From the NCBI GenBank assembly GCA_045126415.1, contig JBGVOJ010000174.1, forward strand, positions 1 to 34,636: 34,636 nt of DNA, in the 5' to 3' direction. Below, in pieces: positions 8,615-16,499 of the stretch. The translations under genes were made by a program, and so were the position numbers. The notes under the pieces are model-generated. The model was not told the DNA's origin, made no database searches, and saw nothing but the letters and a program-made list of their open reading frames with translations. Within the stretch, counting starts at the first letter, position 1, and the number at the start of each line of letters is the position of its first letter. This stretch comes from Eubacteriales bacterium (GTDB taxonomy: Bacteria; Bacillota; Clostridia; Oscillospirales; CAG-272).

Positions 8615-9241
8615 ATGAATTATATCTGCGATACGGGGGATGAAAAACTGGACGCGATGCTGCGTGCCTTGCTGGAGCAGTTCCGCGGGGTATCTGCGGA
8701 CGATGGGATTCTTCTTGTAACGGAAGACCCGTCAGCGGCAGAGGAGCGTCACACGGCGGTGATCGTTCTTTACACGGAGGATCGCTATACGTATTCGCAG
8801 GAGCACCGTGCGCTGACGGCGCGGTACGGTGAGAAATATCGTGCGGTTCTTCGTCCGATCGACATTATGGGTTTCTGTGATATCGTACGCGAGCTTCACG
8901 GCGGTACGGTCTATCCGACTTCGCCGAAGGGAGACGAGGACGGCAGTGTAATTTATGAAAACCGTACGGTGTCGTTCCGCGGACGCACGGTAAAGCTGAC
9001 GGCCAGAGAAGACGAGCTGTTCCGCCTGATGTACGAACATCGCGGGAGAGTTGTCTCGCGCGAGCGGATCGCGGCGTCGGTCTGGAGCAGCGGCACGTCG
9101 ACGAACGTGACGGACGTATACATGAGTTATCTTCGCCGGAAGCTGGTCACGGTATTCGGGGACGGGGTATTATCCTCCGTCCGCGGAGAAGGGTATATAC
9201 TGAAAATGCCTGCCGGCGAGGGTATCATCGGCACACGCTAA
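8615..9241 (+). CDS. OmpR/PhoB-type winged-helix transcriptional regulator with a degenerate receiver-like N-terminal domain
   Basis: The C-terminal part (VSFRGRTVKLTAREDELFRLMYEHRGRVVSRERIAASVW...TNVTDVYMSYLRRKL...VRGEGYIL) matches Trans_reg_C. The N-terminal 100 aa keep only vestiges of a receiver (RPIDIMGFCDIV). No acidic pocket is recognisable and no kinase gene is nearby. Confidence 0.7.
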   Translation: MNYICDTGDEKLDAMLRALLEQFRGVSADDGILLVTEDPSAAEERHTAVIVLYTEDRYTYSQEHRALTARYGEKYRAVLRPIDIMGFCDIVRELHGGTVYPTSPKGDEDGSVIYENRTVSFRGRTVKLTAREDELFRLMYEHRGRVVSRERIAASVWSSGTSTNVTDVYMSYLRRKLVTVFGDGVLSSVRGEGYILKMPAGEGIIGTR

Positions 9242-9354
9242 TATTATAGCACAAAACGTGCGGAATAACAAATGTTTTCGTAAATATATTGAAAATTTTC
9301 CTCTTTAAAATATAGTGAGTTCATACTTTGAGTTGTACAACCGCTGCGCGGTTG

Positions 9355-9606
9355 GAAGGAAGAAAACCGCCCATCGGGCGTTTTTCAAATTTTATGCCAC
9401 TGCGCGTGGCGGCGCCTAAGAGGACCGGTCGCGGTCCTCTTAGGAATCTCCACGACCAGAGGAAGTGTCCTCTGGACACCTCCGTTCGGGGGACTCGGCC
9501 TCAAGGCCTCAGACAGACAGCGGTTTGCACGCGGCAGACCGTTCGGAAGAAAAAGGAAATCTTTATCCGGAGCGGATACCGTTACCTTTTTGCCTGCGGT
9601 TAGCCC
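9355..9606 (-). ncRNA. Candidate structured RNA / repeat module, copy A (long form)
   Basis: Read on the minus strand: GGTGTCCAGAGG-loop-CCTCTGG, then GATTC, then a 13-bp hairpin CCTAAGAGGACCG/CGGTCCTCTTAGG. Next come GCGCCG, a 4-bp hairpin CCAC-GCGCA-GTGG, CATAAAATTTGAAAAA, the terminator, and TTTTCTTCCTTCC. The module is homologous to copies B and C. The 5' boundary is uncertain. Confidence 0.4.
9363..9385. terminator. Bidirectional intrinsic terminator (3' end of module A; also closes the regulator gene)
   Basis: AAAA-CGCCC-ATC-GGGCG-TTTTT. An all-GC 5-bp stem is flanked by an A-run and a T-run, so it is usable on both strands. Confidence 0.5.
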
Positions 9607-9692
9607 AATAAAAAACTGGAAATCTTCGATCACTATATCTATGAACTAACGCGTAGTTGTTCCGTATTTGATCGGATGCACGTGCAATTTAC

Positions 9693-9797
9693 CAAGCCGG
9701 CAATTCACAAAGGGGCGGCGCCTGAGCCCCTTTGTGCGCCGTCCGCGTAGGACATAAAATTGAAAAATGACCGTCAGGTCATTTTTCTTCCTTCCAA
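9693..9797 (+). ncRNA. Candidate structured RNA / repeat module, copy B (short form, inverted relative to A)
   Basis: AATTC, then an 11-bp hairpin CACAAAGGGGC/GCCCCTTTGTG. Next come GCGCCG, TCC-GCGTA-GGA, CATAAAATTGAAAAA, the hairpin ATGACC-GTCA-GGTCAT, and TTTTTCTTCCTTCC. The architecture matches the 3' 105 nt of A and C. Confidence 0.4.
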
Positions 9798-9815
9798 AAA
9801 ATTTAAAATTTCCTG

Positions 9816-9844
9816 TTTACTTTTTTGCCGCAATGATATATAAT
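9816..9844 (+). promoter_or_regulatory. Putative promoter of the Cys T-box leader
   Basis: TTTACT (9816-9821), 17-nt spacer, TATAAT (9839-9844). Confidence 0.45.
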
Positions 9845-9851
9845 ATCATAA

Positions 9852-10137
9852 TAGGAAAATATCCCAAAGGACGCTTCAAGCGGAAAGAAAAAGATCTCCC
9901 CCCTCGGGTTCCAGAGAGTGCTGTCACCGGCTGAAAGCAGCATACCCGGGTTTCTTATGTGCATCCGCCCAGTCCGAGCGTGACTTCCCTCGCGGAAGAT
10001 TTCGCCCCGCTGCCCGCGTTATCCGGCATCTTTGAGTGATAAATCAGAGTGGAACCGCGTATTACGCCTCTGTTTTGCCGATGTGGAAAGTTTTTGTACC
10101 CCCTCACCCGGCAGACGGAGACTTTTTTTATTTTTAA
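9852..10137 (+). promoter_or_regulatory. T-box riboswitch leader, probably tRNA-Cys specific
   Basis: AGAGAG box at 9913-9918 with a distal stem-loop. Candidate specifier UGC (9960-9962) is followed by A. The T-box sequence AATCAGAGTGGAACCGCG lies at 10042-10059, and its UGGA would pair with a U73-CCA acceptor end as in tRNA-Cys. A terminator with a T-run sits at 10123-10129. The leader is directly upstream of cysE...cysS. Confidence 0.75.
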
Positions 10138-10154
10138 CAGCGAAAGGAACCTGT

Positions 10155-10928
10155 ATGAAATTCAAACATAAGTATGATTCCGAATCCAGCCGATTCCATA
10201 TTATCGTGAACCTCGACAGCCCCGCAGAACAGGCACTTTGCCGTGCCGTCCGCGATATCCGCGATGACATCGACGTCATCATGGCGCGTGACCCCGCCGC
10301 GACTTCCCGCGCGGAAGTCCTCTTCCTCTACTCCGGTCTGCATGCACGGATTATGCACCGCATCTCCCATGCCCTCAACGACCGCGGCATGAAGTTCGGC
10401 GCACGTGCTGTCTCCCAGTTCGCGAAATTCCTCACCGGAATCGAAATCCATCCCGGTGCTACCATCGGTAAGGGACTCTTCATCGACCACGGTACCGGCG
10501 TCGTCATCGGTGAAACCGCTATCGTCGGCGACAACTGCACCATCTATCAGGGCGTCACCCTCGGCGGTACCGGCAAGGAGAGCGGCAAGCGTCACCCTAC
10601 CCTCGGTGACAACGTCATGGTCGGTGCGGGTGCGAAGTGCCTCGGCAATTTCACCATCGGCTCGAATTCCAAAATCGCTTCCGGTGCGGTCGTGCTCGGC
10701 GACGTTCCCGAAAACAGCACCGCAGTCGGTATTCCCGCGCACATCGTCAAGAAGGACGGCGAACGCGTTGCGAAAAACGAAGCCGACCTCGACCAGATCC
10801 ATATCCCCGACCCGATCGAAACCGAAATCGAAGCCCTCTGCGCACGCATCCATGCCCTCGAGGAAGCCGTCTGCATGCTCCCGATGGGTGACGATAATGA
10901 TACGGACGGTGCGGAGGTTGTCGAATGA
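10155..10928 (+). CDS. cysE: Serine O-acetyltransferase
   Basis: The start is trimmed to ATG 10155 (after the T-box terminator, RBS AAAGGAA). The hexapeptide-repeat core is GATIGKGLFIDHGTGVVIGETAIVGDNCTIYQGVTLGGTGKESGKRHPTLGDNVMVGAGAK. Confidence 0.9.
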   Translation: MKFKHKYDSESSRFHIIVNLDSPAEQALCRAVRDIRDDIDVIMARDPAATSRAEVLFLYSGLHARIMHRISHALNDRGMKFGARAVSQFAKFLTGIEIHPGATIGKGLFIDHGTGVVIGETAIVGDNCTIYQGVTLGGTGKESGKRHPTLGDNVMVGAGAKCLGNFTIGSNSKIASGAVVLGDVPENSTAVGIPAHIVKKDGERVAKNEADLDQIHIPDPIETEIEALCARIHALEEAVCMLPMGDDNDTDGAEVVE

Positions 10929-11962
10929 CCCCCGAACGTCCCCGTACAGGCGGATTTTCCGCCGTGCTTCATGCGCTGTTTTACGTATTTGTCTTTTTCT
11001 CCTGCCAGTACACAGTGACGGCGGGGTACATGATGTCCCTGATGACGGGAACCGGCACGGCGGTTTCTCTGGATGAATCCGCGCTGCTTTCCCTGATGGA
11101 ACAGGTGCTGTCCCAGACCGTCATGATCACGCTCATCTCGAATTTGCTGACGGTTCTGATCGTCTGCCTGATCCAGACTGTACGGATGCGGAAACCGGCG
11201 GAGGAATTTCGTCTGCGTCCCGTGAATTTCATGCGGATTCCGACGTTTCTCCTGTTCGGCGCATCGCTCAACGTGTTCGTGTCGGGTACGCTTTCGTTCC
11301 TGCCCCTGCCCGAAGAGATCATCGCAGCATTCGAGAATCAGTATTCCGCGCTCTACGGCGACACGCCGCTCTGGCTCGAAATCCTCAGCATCGCCGTCGT
11401 CACCGGCATCACGGAGGAGATCATCTTCCGCGGACTGGTGAATTCCCGCCTGTCCCGCGGAATGCAGACCGGAACAGTGATTATGGTTTCATCCGTCATC
11501 TTCGGTCTGGCGCACGGCGCGCTGATCGCGGTGGTGTATTCCGCCCTGCTCGGCATGGTTTTCTGCCTGCTGTACGAAAAATTCCGTTCCGTGATCCCGT
11601 CGATTCTCGCACACGTTGCGTTCAACGCCACGTCGTATCTGCTCGCGGCACTCGACGAACGGTGGATGCTGCCGCTGTATCTCTTCTCGATTGCGGCGGT
11701 GCTGTACTGCACGTACCGGCTGTTCTTCCGTCGTCCGACGTTCTACGACGTTGCCGCCGACATGGTCGGGGAATACGAACTCCGTGACAACGTAGAACGG
11801 GAGATCATCGACGAGATCCGCCGGATGCAGGAGGACGGGGACATTTCCCCGGACGCACTCGAACGTCTCGCGGACGCGTGGGAGGAAAACGAGCGGAAAT
11901 ACGACAAAAATTATTCCGCAAACCACAACTCAGACAACGATAACAATACAAAGGAGACATAA
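10925..11962 (+). CDS. CPBP-family (CAAX-type) intramembrane glutamic protease
   Basis: Motifs EEIIFRG, FGLAHG and HVAFN in a polytopic membrane protein. The ATG overlaps the cysE stop (ATGA at 10925-10928). The C-terminal tail is hydrophilic and acidic. Confidence 0.8.
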   Translation: MTPERPRTGGFSAVLHALFYVFVFFSCQYTVTAGYMMSLMTGTGTAVSLDESALLSLMEQVLSQTVMITLISNLLTVLIVCLIQTVRMRKPAEEFRLRPVNFMRIPTFLLFGASLNVFVSGTLSFLPLPEEIIAAFENQYSALYGDTPLWLEILSIAVVTGITEEIIFRGLVNSRLSRGMQTGTVIMVSSVIFGLAHGALIAVVYSALLGMVFCLLYEKFRSVIPSILAHVAFNATSYLLAALDERWMLPLYLFSIAAVLYCTYRLFFRRPTFYDVAADMVGEYELRDNVEREIIDEIRRMQEDGDISPDALERLADAWEENERKYDKNYSANHNSDNDNNTKET

Positions 11963-11968
11963 ATCCCA

Positions 11969-13450
11969 ATGAAACTTTACAACACCCTTACCCATACACG
12001 TGACGAATTCGTCACCCACGAACCCGGCAAGGTAACGATGTACACCTGCGGCCCGACCGTATATCATTTCGCGCACATCGGCAACCTCCGTTCCTACATC
12101 ATGGAAGACGTTCTTGAAAAGTACCTCGGCTACGCGGGCTACGACGTCAAGCGCTGCATGAACATCACCGATGTCGGTCACCTCTCCAGCGACGCGGATA
12201 CCGGCGAAGACAAGATGCTCAAAGGCGCGAAGCGCGAAAAGAAGACCGTCATGGAAATCGCGCAGTTCTACACCGACGCGTTCTTCGCGGACTGCGGCAA
12301 GCTGAACATCAAGATTCCGGAAATCGTCGTTCCCGCGACCTCCTACATCCCCGAATTCATCGAAATGGTACAGGGGCTTCTCGACAAGGGTTACGCGTAC
12401 CTCTCCGAAGGCAACGTCTACTTTGACACCTCCAAGCTGTCCGAATACTACGTCTTCAACAAGCAGGACGCGGAAGACCTCGAAGTCGGCGTGCGCGAAG
12501 GCGTGGAAGAAGACACCGCAAAGCGCAATAAGGCGGACTTTGTTCTCTGGTTTACCAAGTCCAAGTTTGAAGATCAGGAACTCAAGTGGGACAGCCCGTG
12601 GGGCATCGGCTATCCGGGATGGCACATCGAATGCTCCGCGATCAGCGTGAAGAATCTCGGCGAATACCTCGACCTCCACTGCGGCGGCATCGACAACGCA
12701 TTCCCGCACCACACAAACGAAATCGCGCAGAGCGAAGCGTACCTCGGACATCCGTGGTGCAAGCAGTGGTTCCACGTGCTGCATCTGAATACCCAGAGCG
12801 GCAAGATGTCCAAGTCCACGGGCGAATTCCTGACGGTTTCCCTGCTCGAGGAAAAGGGCTACAACCCGCTCGTATACCGTCTGTTCTGCCTGCAGTCGCA
12901 CTACCGGAAGTCCCTCGTCTTCTCGTGGGAAGGCATGGACAGCACGAAGACCGCGTACACCAAGCTGATCGCGAAGATCGCGGGGCTGAATCCGGAATCC
13001 GCGGAAGCCGTTGACGAAGAAGCGTTTGCAAACCTGAAGAAGCGTTTCTCCGACGCGATGGACAACGACCTTAACACCGCGCTGGCCGTCACCGCCGTTT
13101 ACGACGTGCTGAAGGCAAAGACGAACGACGCGACGAAGATCGCGCTGCTGAAGGATTTCGACACGGTTCTCTCGCTGAACCTCCTCGAAGAAGCGGCAAA
13201 GGTACGCGAAGCGAACAAGAAGGCAGCGGAAGCGGCAAAGAACGCACCGGCGGCAGCACTGGTGATCACCTGCACGACGGAAGGCGTGGATGCAGAAACC
13301 AAGGCGAAGGTGGAAGCACTCATAGGCGACCGTGCGGACGCAAAGAAGGCGAAGGACTTCGCCAAGGCGGACGCCATCCGCGACGAACTCACCGCAATGG
13401 GCGTGACCATCGTCGACGTCAAGGGCGGCGTGAACTGGGCGAAGGCGTAA
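11969..13450 (+). CDS. cysS: Cysteine--tRNA ligase
   Basis: [16 protein letters not shown] (HIGH motif), KMSKS present ([10 protein letters not shown]), class I CysRS layout, 493 aa. Confidence 0.95.
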   Translation: MKLYNTLTHTRDEFVTHEPGKVTMYTCGPTVYHFAHIGNLRSYIMEDVLEKYLGYAGYDVKRCMNITDVGHLSSDADTGEDKMLKGAKREKKTVMEIAQFYTDAFFADCGKLNIKIPEIVVPATSYIPEFIEMVQGLLDKGYAYLSEGNVYFDTSKLSEYYVFNKQDAEDLEVGVREGVEEDTAKRNKADFVLWFTKSKFEDQELKWDSPWGIGYPGWHIECSAISVKNLGEYLDLHCGGIDNAFPHHTNEIAQSEAYLGHPWCKQWFHVLHLNTQSGKMSKSTGEFLTVSLLEEKGYNPLVYRLFCLQSHYRKSLVFSWEGMDSTKTAYTKLIAKIAGLNPESAEAVDEEAFANLKKRFSDAMDNDLNTALAVTAVYDVLKAKTNDATKIALLKDFDTVLSLNLLEEAAKVREANKKAAEAAKNAPAAALVITCTTEGVDAETKAKVEALIGDRADAKKAKDFAKADAIRDELTAMGVTIVDVKGGVNWAKA

Positions 13451-13465
13451 ATTCAACCGAATAAC

Positions 13466-13493
13466 AAAAAGGAGACCGGTGGTCTCCTTTTTT
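13466..13493. terminator. Bidirectional intrinsic terminator between convergent cysS and the Cys-rich protein gene
   Basis: AAAAA-GGAGACC-GGT-GGTCTCC-TTTTTT. Confidence 0.8.
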
Positions 13494-13507
13494 GATGCGG
13501 TTGTAAC

Positions 13508-14251
13508 TCAGGTAAGCGCGTCGCTTGCCTTCTGCGTATCCTCGTGCTGGTGCAGGGAACCCGACAGGAACGCCTTCGCGCGTTCCGGAGCATCCTTTGC
13601 GTCTCCCCACGGCTCGTTTTCGTAGCGGTAGTCGAATTTCTTGCAGAACCAGCTCACGTCTTCGCGGAGCTTGTCGAAGTAGCGGTTTTCGATCGCGCTG
13701 ACTTCCTTGTAGAATTCGCCGAATTCCTTCTTCGACAGACGTTCCTTCGCCGCCGCGATGAAACGGCCGTAGTGACGGAAGCAGAAGTACGGCGCGGCTT
13801 CCACCTTCTTGCGGAAGCCTTCGTCCTTCTGCCACAGCAGAGCCGCCGTCTCGATCATGCGTGAGAAGTTGTACTCGATCCGTTCGCAGACGTAGCAGCT
13901 CGATTCCAGCTTTTCCAGACGCTTTGCGGCATTTTCGCCCGTCTTTGCGATGAACAGTGAGGACATATTGCCGGACAGGTCATCCGCGAGGCTGTCGAGA
14001 TGGCTCTCGAGCATCAGCGCGAGCGGAAGCCGCTTGCCGCGTTCGAACAGCAGGGACATATGATCCGGACAGAATCCGAGCGCGTTCGTCTTCTGACGCA
14101 CATCCGGTTCCATCATGGACGCGCCGAGGATCAGGTCGAGTTCGTTGTCGTCAAGACGGTTGTACATCAGGCAGAACGGACACGTGCAGAAGCCTTCTTC
14201 CTGCACTTTCTCAAACGCCTCGTTGACCGGTATGGTATAAATCTGTTCCAT
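13508..14251 (-). CDS. Conserved hypothetical Cys-rich protein (possibly DUF6062-like)
   Basis: 247-aa ORF. The N-terminus IYTIPVNEAF...CTCPFC plus CPDH, CYVCE and FCFRHY suggest metal-binding pairs. The family name is recalled from memory only. Confidence 0.55.
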   Translation of the reverse strand: MEQIYTIPVNEAFEKVQEEGFCTCPFCLMYNRLDDNELDLILGASMMEPDVRQKTNALGFCPDHMSLLFERGKRLPLALMLESHLDSLADDLSGNMSSLFIAKTGENAAKRLEKLESSCYVCERIEYNFSRMIETAALLWQKDEGFRKKVEAAPYFCFRHYGRFIAAAKERLSKKEFGEFYKEVSAIENRYFDKLREDVSWFCKKFDYRYENEPWGDAKDAPERAKAFLSGSLHQHEDTQKASDALT

Positions 14252-14260
14252 AGTTACTCC

Positions 14261-15157
14261 TTAACCGTTGATGTATCGTTCGTAATAGAATAAGTATTGC
14301 TGGGCGATGCCGGCGTATCTGCCGAGACGTTTTGCGTCGAAGCCGTCCGGAAAATGGCGTTCGAGGGATTTCTTGATCCATACGTCCACGGGAAAGGCTT
14401 CCGTTTTGCCGAAGCCGTACAGCAGGACGCACGCACTCACCTTCGGGCCGACACCGTGAATGGTGCGCAGACGGGTGTCGCAGGTGTCGTAGTCCTCGCA
14501 CGCGAGAATTTCGTCAAGGTCGATTTCGCCGGACGCGACTCTGCACGCCGCGTCGTGAATATACTTTGCGCGGAATCCGGTACGAAGGGCGTAGAGATTG
14601 TCCACGCCTGCATCCGCAAGGGTTTCGGCGGTCGGGAAATCATCGTTTTTACCGTAAGTTTCGCACAGTGCGCGGATAATTTTTTTGATGCGCGGGATGT
14701 TGTTGTTCTGTGAGACGATGAACGAGATCAGCGCCTCAAACGGATCCTGCCGCAGGATGCGGATGCCGCGTCCTGCTTCGACCGCCGCCGTCATGACCGC
14801 GCGGTCATGTTCGTTCGGCATGGCATCGATGAGAAACCGGTCGATCGCGTCGTAATCCTCGTCCAGCGCGAGGTAGTGCCGCCAGATACGCTCGAACTGC
14901 TCACCGGAAGCGTTGTACACGGTGACGATTCCGTCGCCGGTCTGTTCGAACGCGACTTTCGTACCGAACGCCGTTCCCGCGAAGGTCGTGTCGTTCACCG
15001 GATCAAACCGGAACGCCTGCCCGCAGTCAAATGTCTTCGCCACGGAAAAACTGCCGCAATCGCCGACGGTGACGGTTTGGATTTCCGTGTCTTCACTGAA
15101 AAATTCCCGCAGATGCGGCGGAACGGGGAGGATGATTTCGTTCTGGATGTATGCCAT
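14261..15157 (-). CDS. ogg: 8-oxoguanine DNA glycosylase / AP lyase (OGG1-type, HhH-GPD superfamily)
   Basis: OGG_N-like region FDCGQAFRF. HhH-GPD region IHGVGPKVSACVLLYGFGKTEAFPVDVW with the catalytic Lys and Asp. Confidence 0.8.
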   Translation of the reverse strand: MAYIQNEIILPVPPHLREFFSEDTEIQTVTVGDCGSFSVAKTFDCGQAFRFDPVNDTTFAGTAFGTKVAFEQTGDGIVTVYNASGEQFERIWRHYLALDEDYDAIDRFLIDAMPNEHDRAVMTAAVEAGRGIRILRQDPFEALISFIVSQNNNIPRIKKIIRALCETYGKNDDFPTAETLADAGVDNLYALRTGFRAKYIHDAACRVASGEIDLDEILACEDYDTCDTRLRTIHGVGPKVSACVLLYGFGKTEAFPVDVWIKKSLERHFPDGFDAKRLGRYAGIAQQYLFYYERYING

Positions 15158-15170
15158 AATTTTTTATAGT

Positions 15171-15818
15171 TTATTCGGATTTTGCTGCTACTGTATGATT
15201 CGCATACGTATTCCATGTGGGTTCATAGTCATCGGTTGCCTGATTTCCCCACATGTCCCAACCACTCCGGTTTCCTCTTGCGAATAATTCAAGAAACGGC
15301 GCGGAGGAGCAGCTTTCGATTAAAGGGATAAATTCATCCGGCTTTCTGGAGTGTTCGCGCTTCATGGCTCTGACCAGGTTTACCTGCGATCTGCCCGCGT
15401 CCAGCGTACGGTTTTTATCTCCCTTAATACCGAATAAAAGAATTTCAGTTACATTCCGGAAATAGAAACCGACACCTCTACCGTCGGGCATGCCGTCTTT
15501 TCTGACTTTTTCCCAGATGATGTTGGTTTTGTATTCAAAGCCCCATGCTTTCATAACTTCAAGTCCTTCGGGAAGCAGCGCATTGGGAACCCATAAATAT
15601 AAATGACATTTTTCATCTGCGGCTTCCGAAACAGGCAGTTGTTTGATTTCATCCAGTTTCATAGTACCGTAGCGGGTAAGGCGTTTATGTTCCGGAGCTA
15701 CCTTTCCTGTTCGATTCTGAAATTGCCACGGAGGATCTGCTAAAATGGTTTTGTATTTTTTGCCGGCAGTATAACATCTGAAATCTTCGATTGTACGCTC
15801 TAATTCTGGATTTACCAT
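15171..15818 (-). CDS. MT-A70 family DNA methyltransferase (probable N6-adenine), modification subunit of a type II R-M pair
   Basis: Catalytic motif ILADPPWQF, C-terminal ELFARGNRSGWDMWGNQ, 215 aa. GC is markedly lower than in the flanks. The ATG lies 1 nt after the stop of the endonuclease gene. Confidence 0.85.
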   Translation of the reverse strand: MVNPELERTIEDFRCYTAGKKYKTILADPPWQFQNRTGKVAPEHKRLTRYGTMKLDEIKQLPVSEAADEKCHLYLWVPNALLPEGLEVMKAWGFEYKTNIIWEKVRKDGMPDGRGVGFYFRNVTEILLFGIKGDKNRTLDAGRSQVNLVRAMKREHSRKPDEFIPLIESCSSAPFLELFARGNRSGWDMWGNQATDDYEPTWNTYANHTVAAKSE

Positions 15819-15819
15819 A

Positions 15820-16490
15820 TTAATATCCCTCTACGCAAGGCTTTTTGATTCCGATTGCTAAAATTGGGCAGCCGCCGTTTCTGCGGGATTTCAATCTGTA
15901 TTCCAATTTGCCCATCCATGTAGTACTTGCACCGTATTTTGAGATGAGTGCCTTGCCGTTTTCATCCGTAATTTCTTTAAAAATATCATTCAAATCTTTT
16001 GATCTGGTGACAATGATTCCGACTTCAATCAATCCGCAGTCGAAATAAGTGCGCATGGCAAGCAAGTCACGGTCAAATGTCTGGTCTTTGCTGTTCCATT
16101 CAAGGTCAAATGCGACTTTATCCTTGATGAAATCAATATTATGTCCGTCAATATATCCTTCGATTACTTTTTCGTCAAACGGTTCGTCGGAAAAACGTCC
16201 TCTTTGATTTGCACGGCGGGGATACATCTTTACCAGCAAATCTCCGGTGATTCGGATCTCCCGCCATCCCAGCGGATATAAAACATCATCAAATTTTTTG
16301 GGAATCGCTGTTTCATTTCCGCCTGCAGCTTTGATATCATCGACGGAAATTACCAGTTGTTCCAGACAGTTCTGAATTTCTTCCCATTCCTCCGAATATG
16401 CTTCACTTAGAATTTCCAAAGCATGGCCATAGTTTTGAAACTCAAATTTTTCGAGAAGATTTTCATGGATATACTTGCTGTATTGCTCCA
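15820..16490 (-). CDS. BglII/BamHI-fold type II restriction endonuclease (putative)
   Basis: The start is trimmed to ATG 16490 (RBS GAGGTG); ATG 16503 is an alternative. AIPKKFDDVLYPLGW and IDFIKDKVAFDLEWNS...IEVGIIVTRS parallel the BglII IPKRFDFLG and IDFGK..VEVQFS...VAIIITKG catalytic core as I recall it. Confidence 0.6.
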
Positions 16491-16499
16491 TACTGCACC

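Noticed and set aside
9398-9412. GCCACTG in module A resembles the B12-box core of cobalamin riboswitches
   Set aside because: It is only a 7-mer, and it forms one arm of a hairpin that reads GCCCCTG in copy C. None of the other cobalamin riboswitch elements are present.
9349-9601. GCGGTT at 9349-9354 and at 9596-9601 considered as a 6-bp target-site duplication flanking module A
   Set aside because: Module C has no matching direct repeat at its ends, and a 6-mer recurring in 60% GC DNA is weak evidence. I kept only the longer 10-nt motif observation as a low-interest finding.
9328-9603. 91-aa plus-strand ORF (and 82-aa minus-strand ORF 9385-9633) inside module A
   Set aside because: They span consecutive perfect hairpins and a terminator, have no RBS, and are not conserved in module C at the protein level. 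The similarity between copies is structural rather than in codons.
9355-9797. Modules A/B/C considered as tracrRNA, TnpB/IscB omega-RNA, a retron msr-msd, or group II intron fragments
   Set aside because: No Cas9, TnpB, IscB, reverse transcriptase or intron-encoded protein gene is in the window. There are no GUGYG...AY intron boundaries or domain V signature. The resemblance is limited to a generic hairpin-plus-terminator architecture. A degenerate remnant cannot be excluded without a database search.
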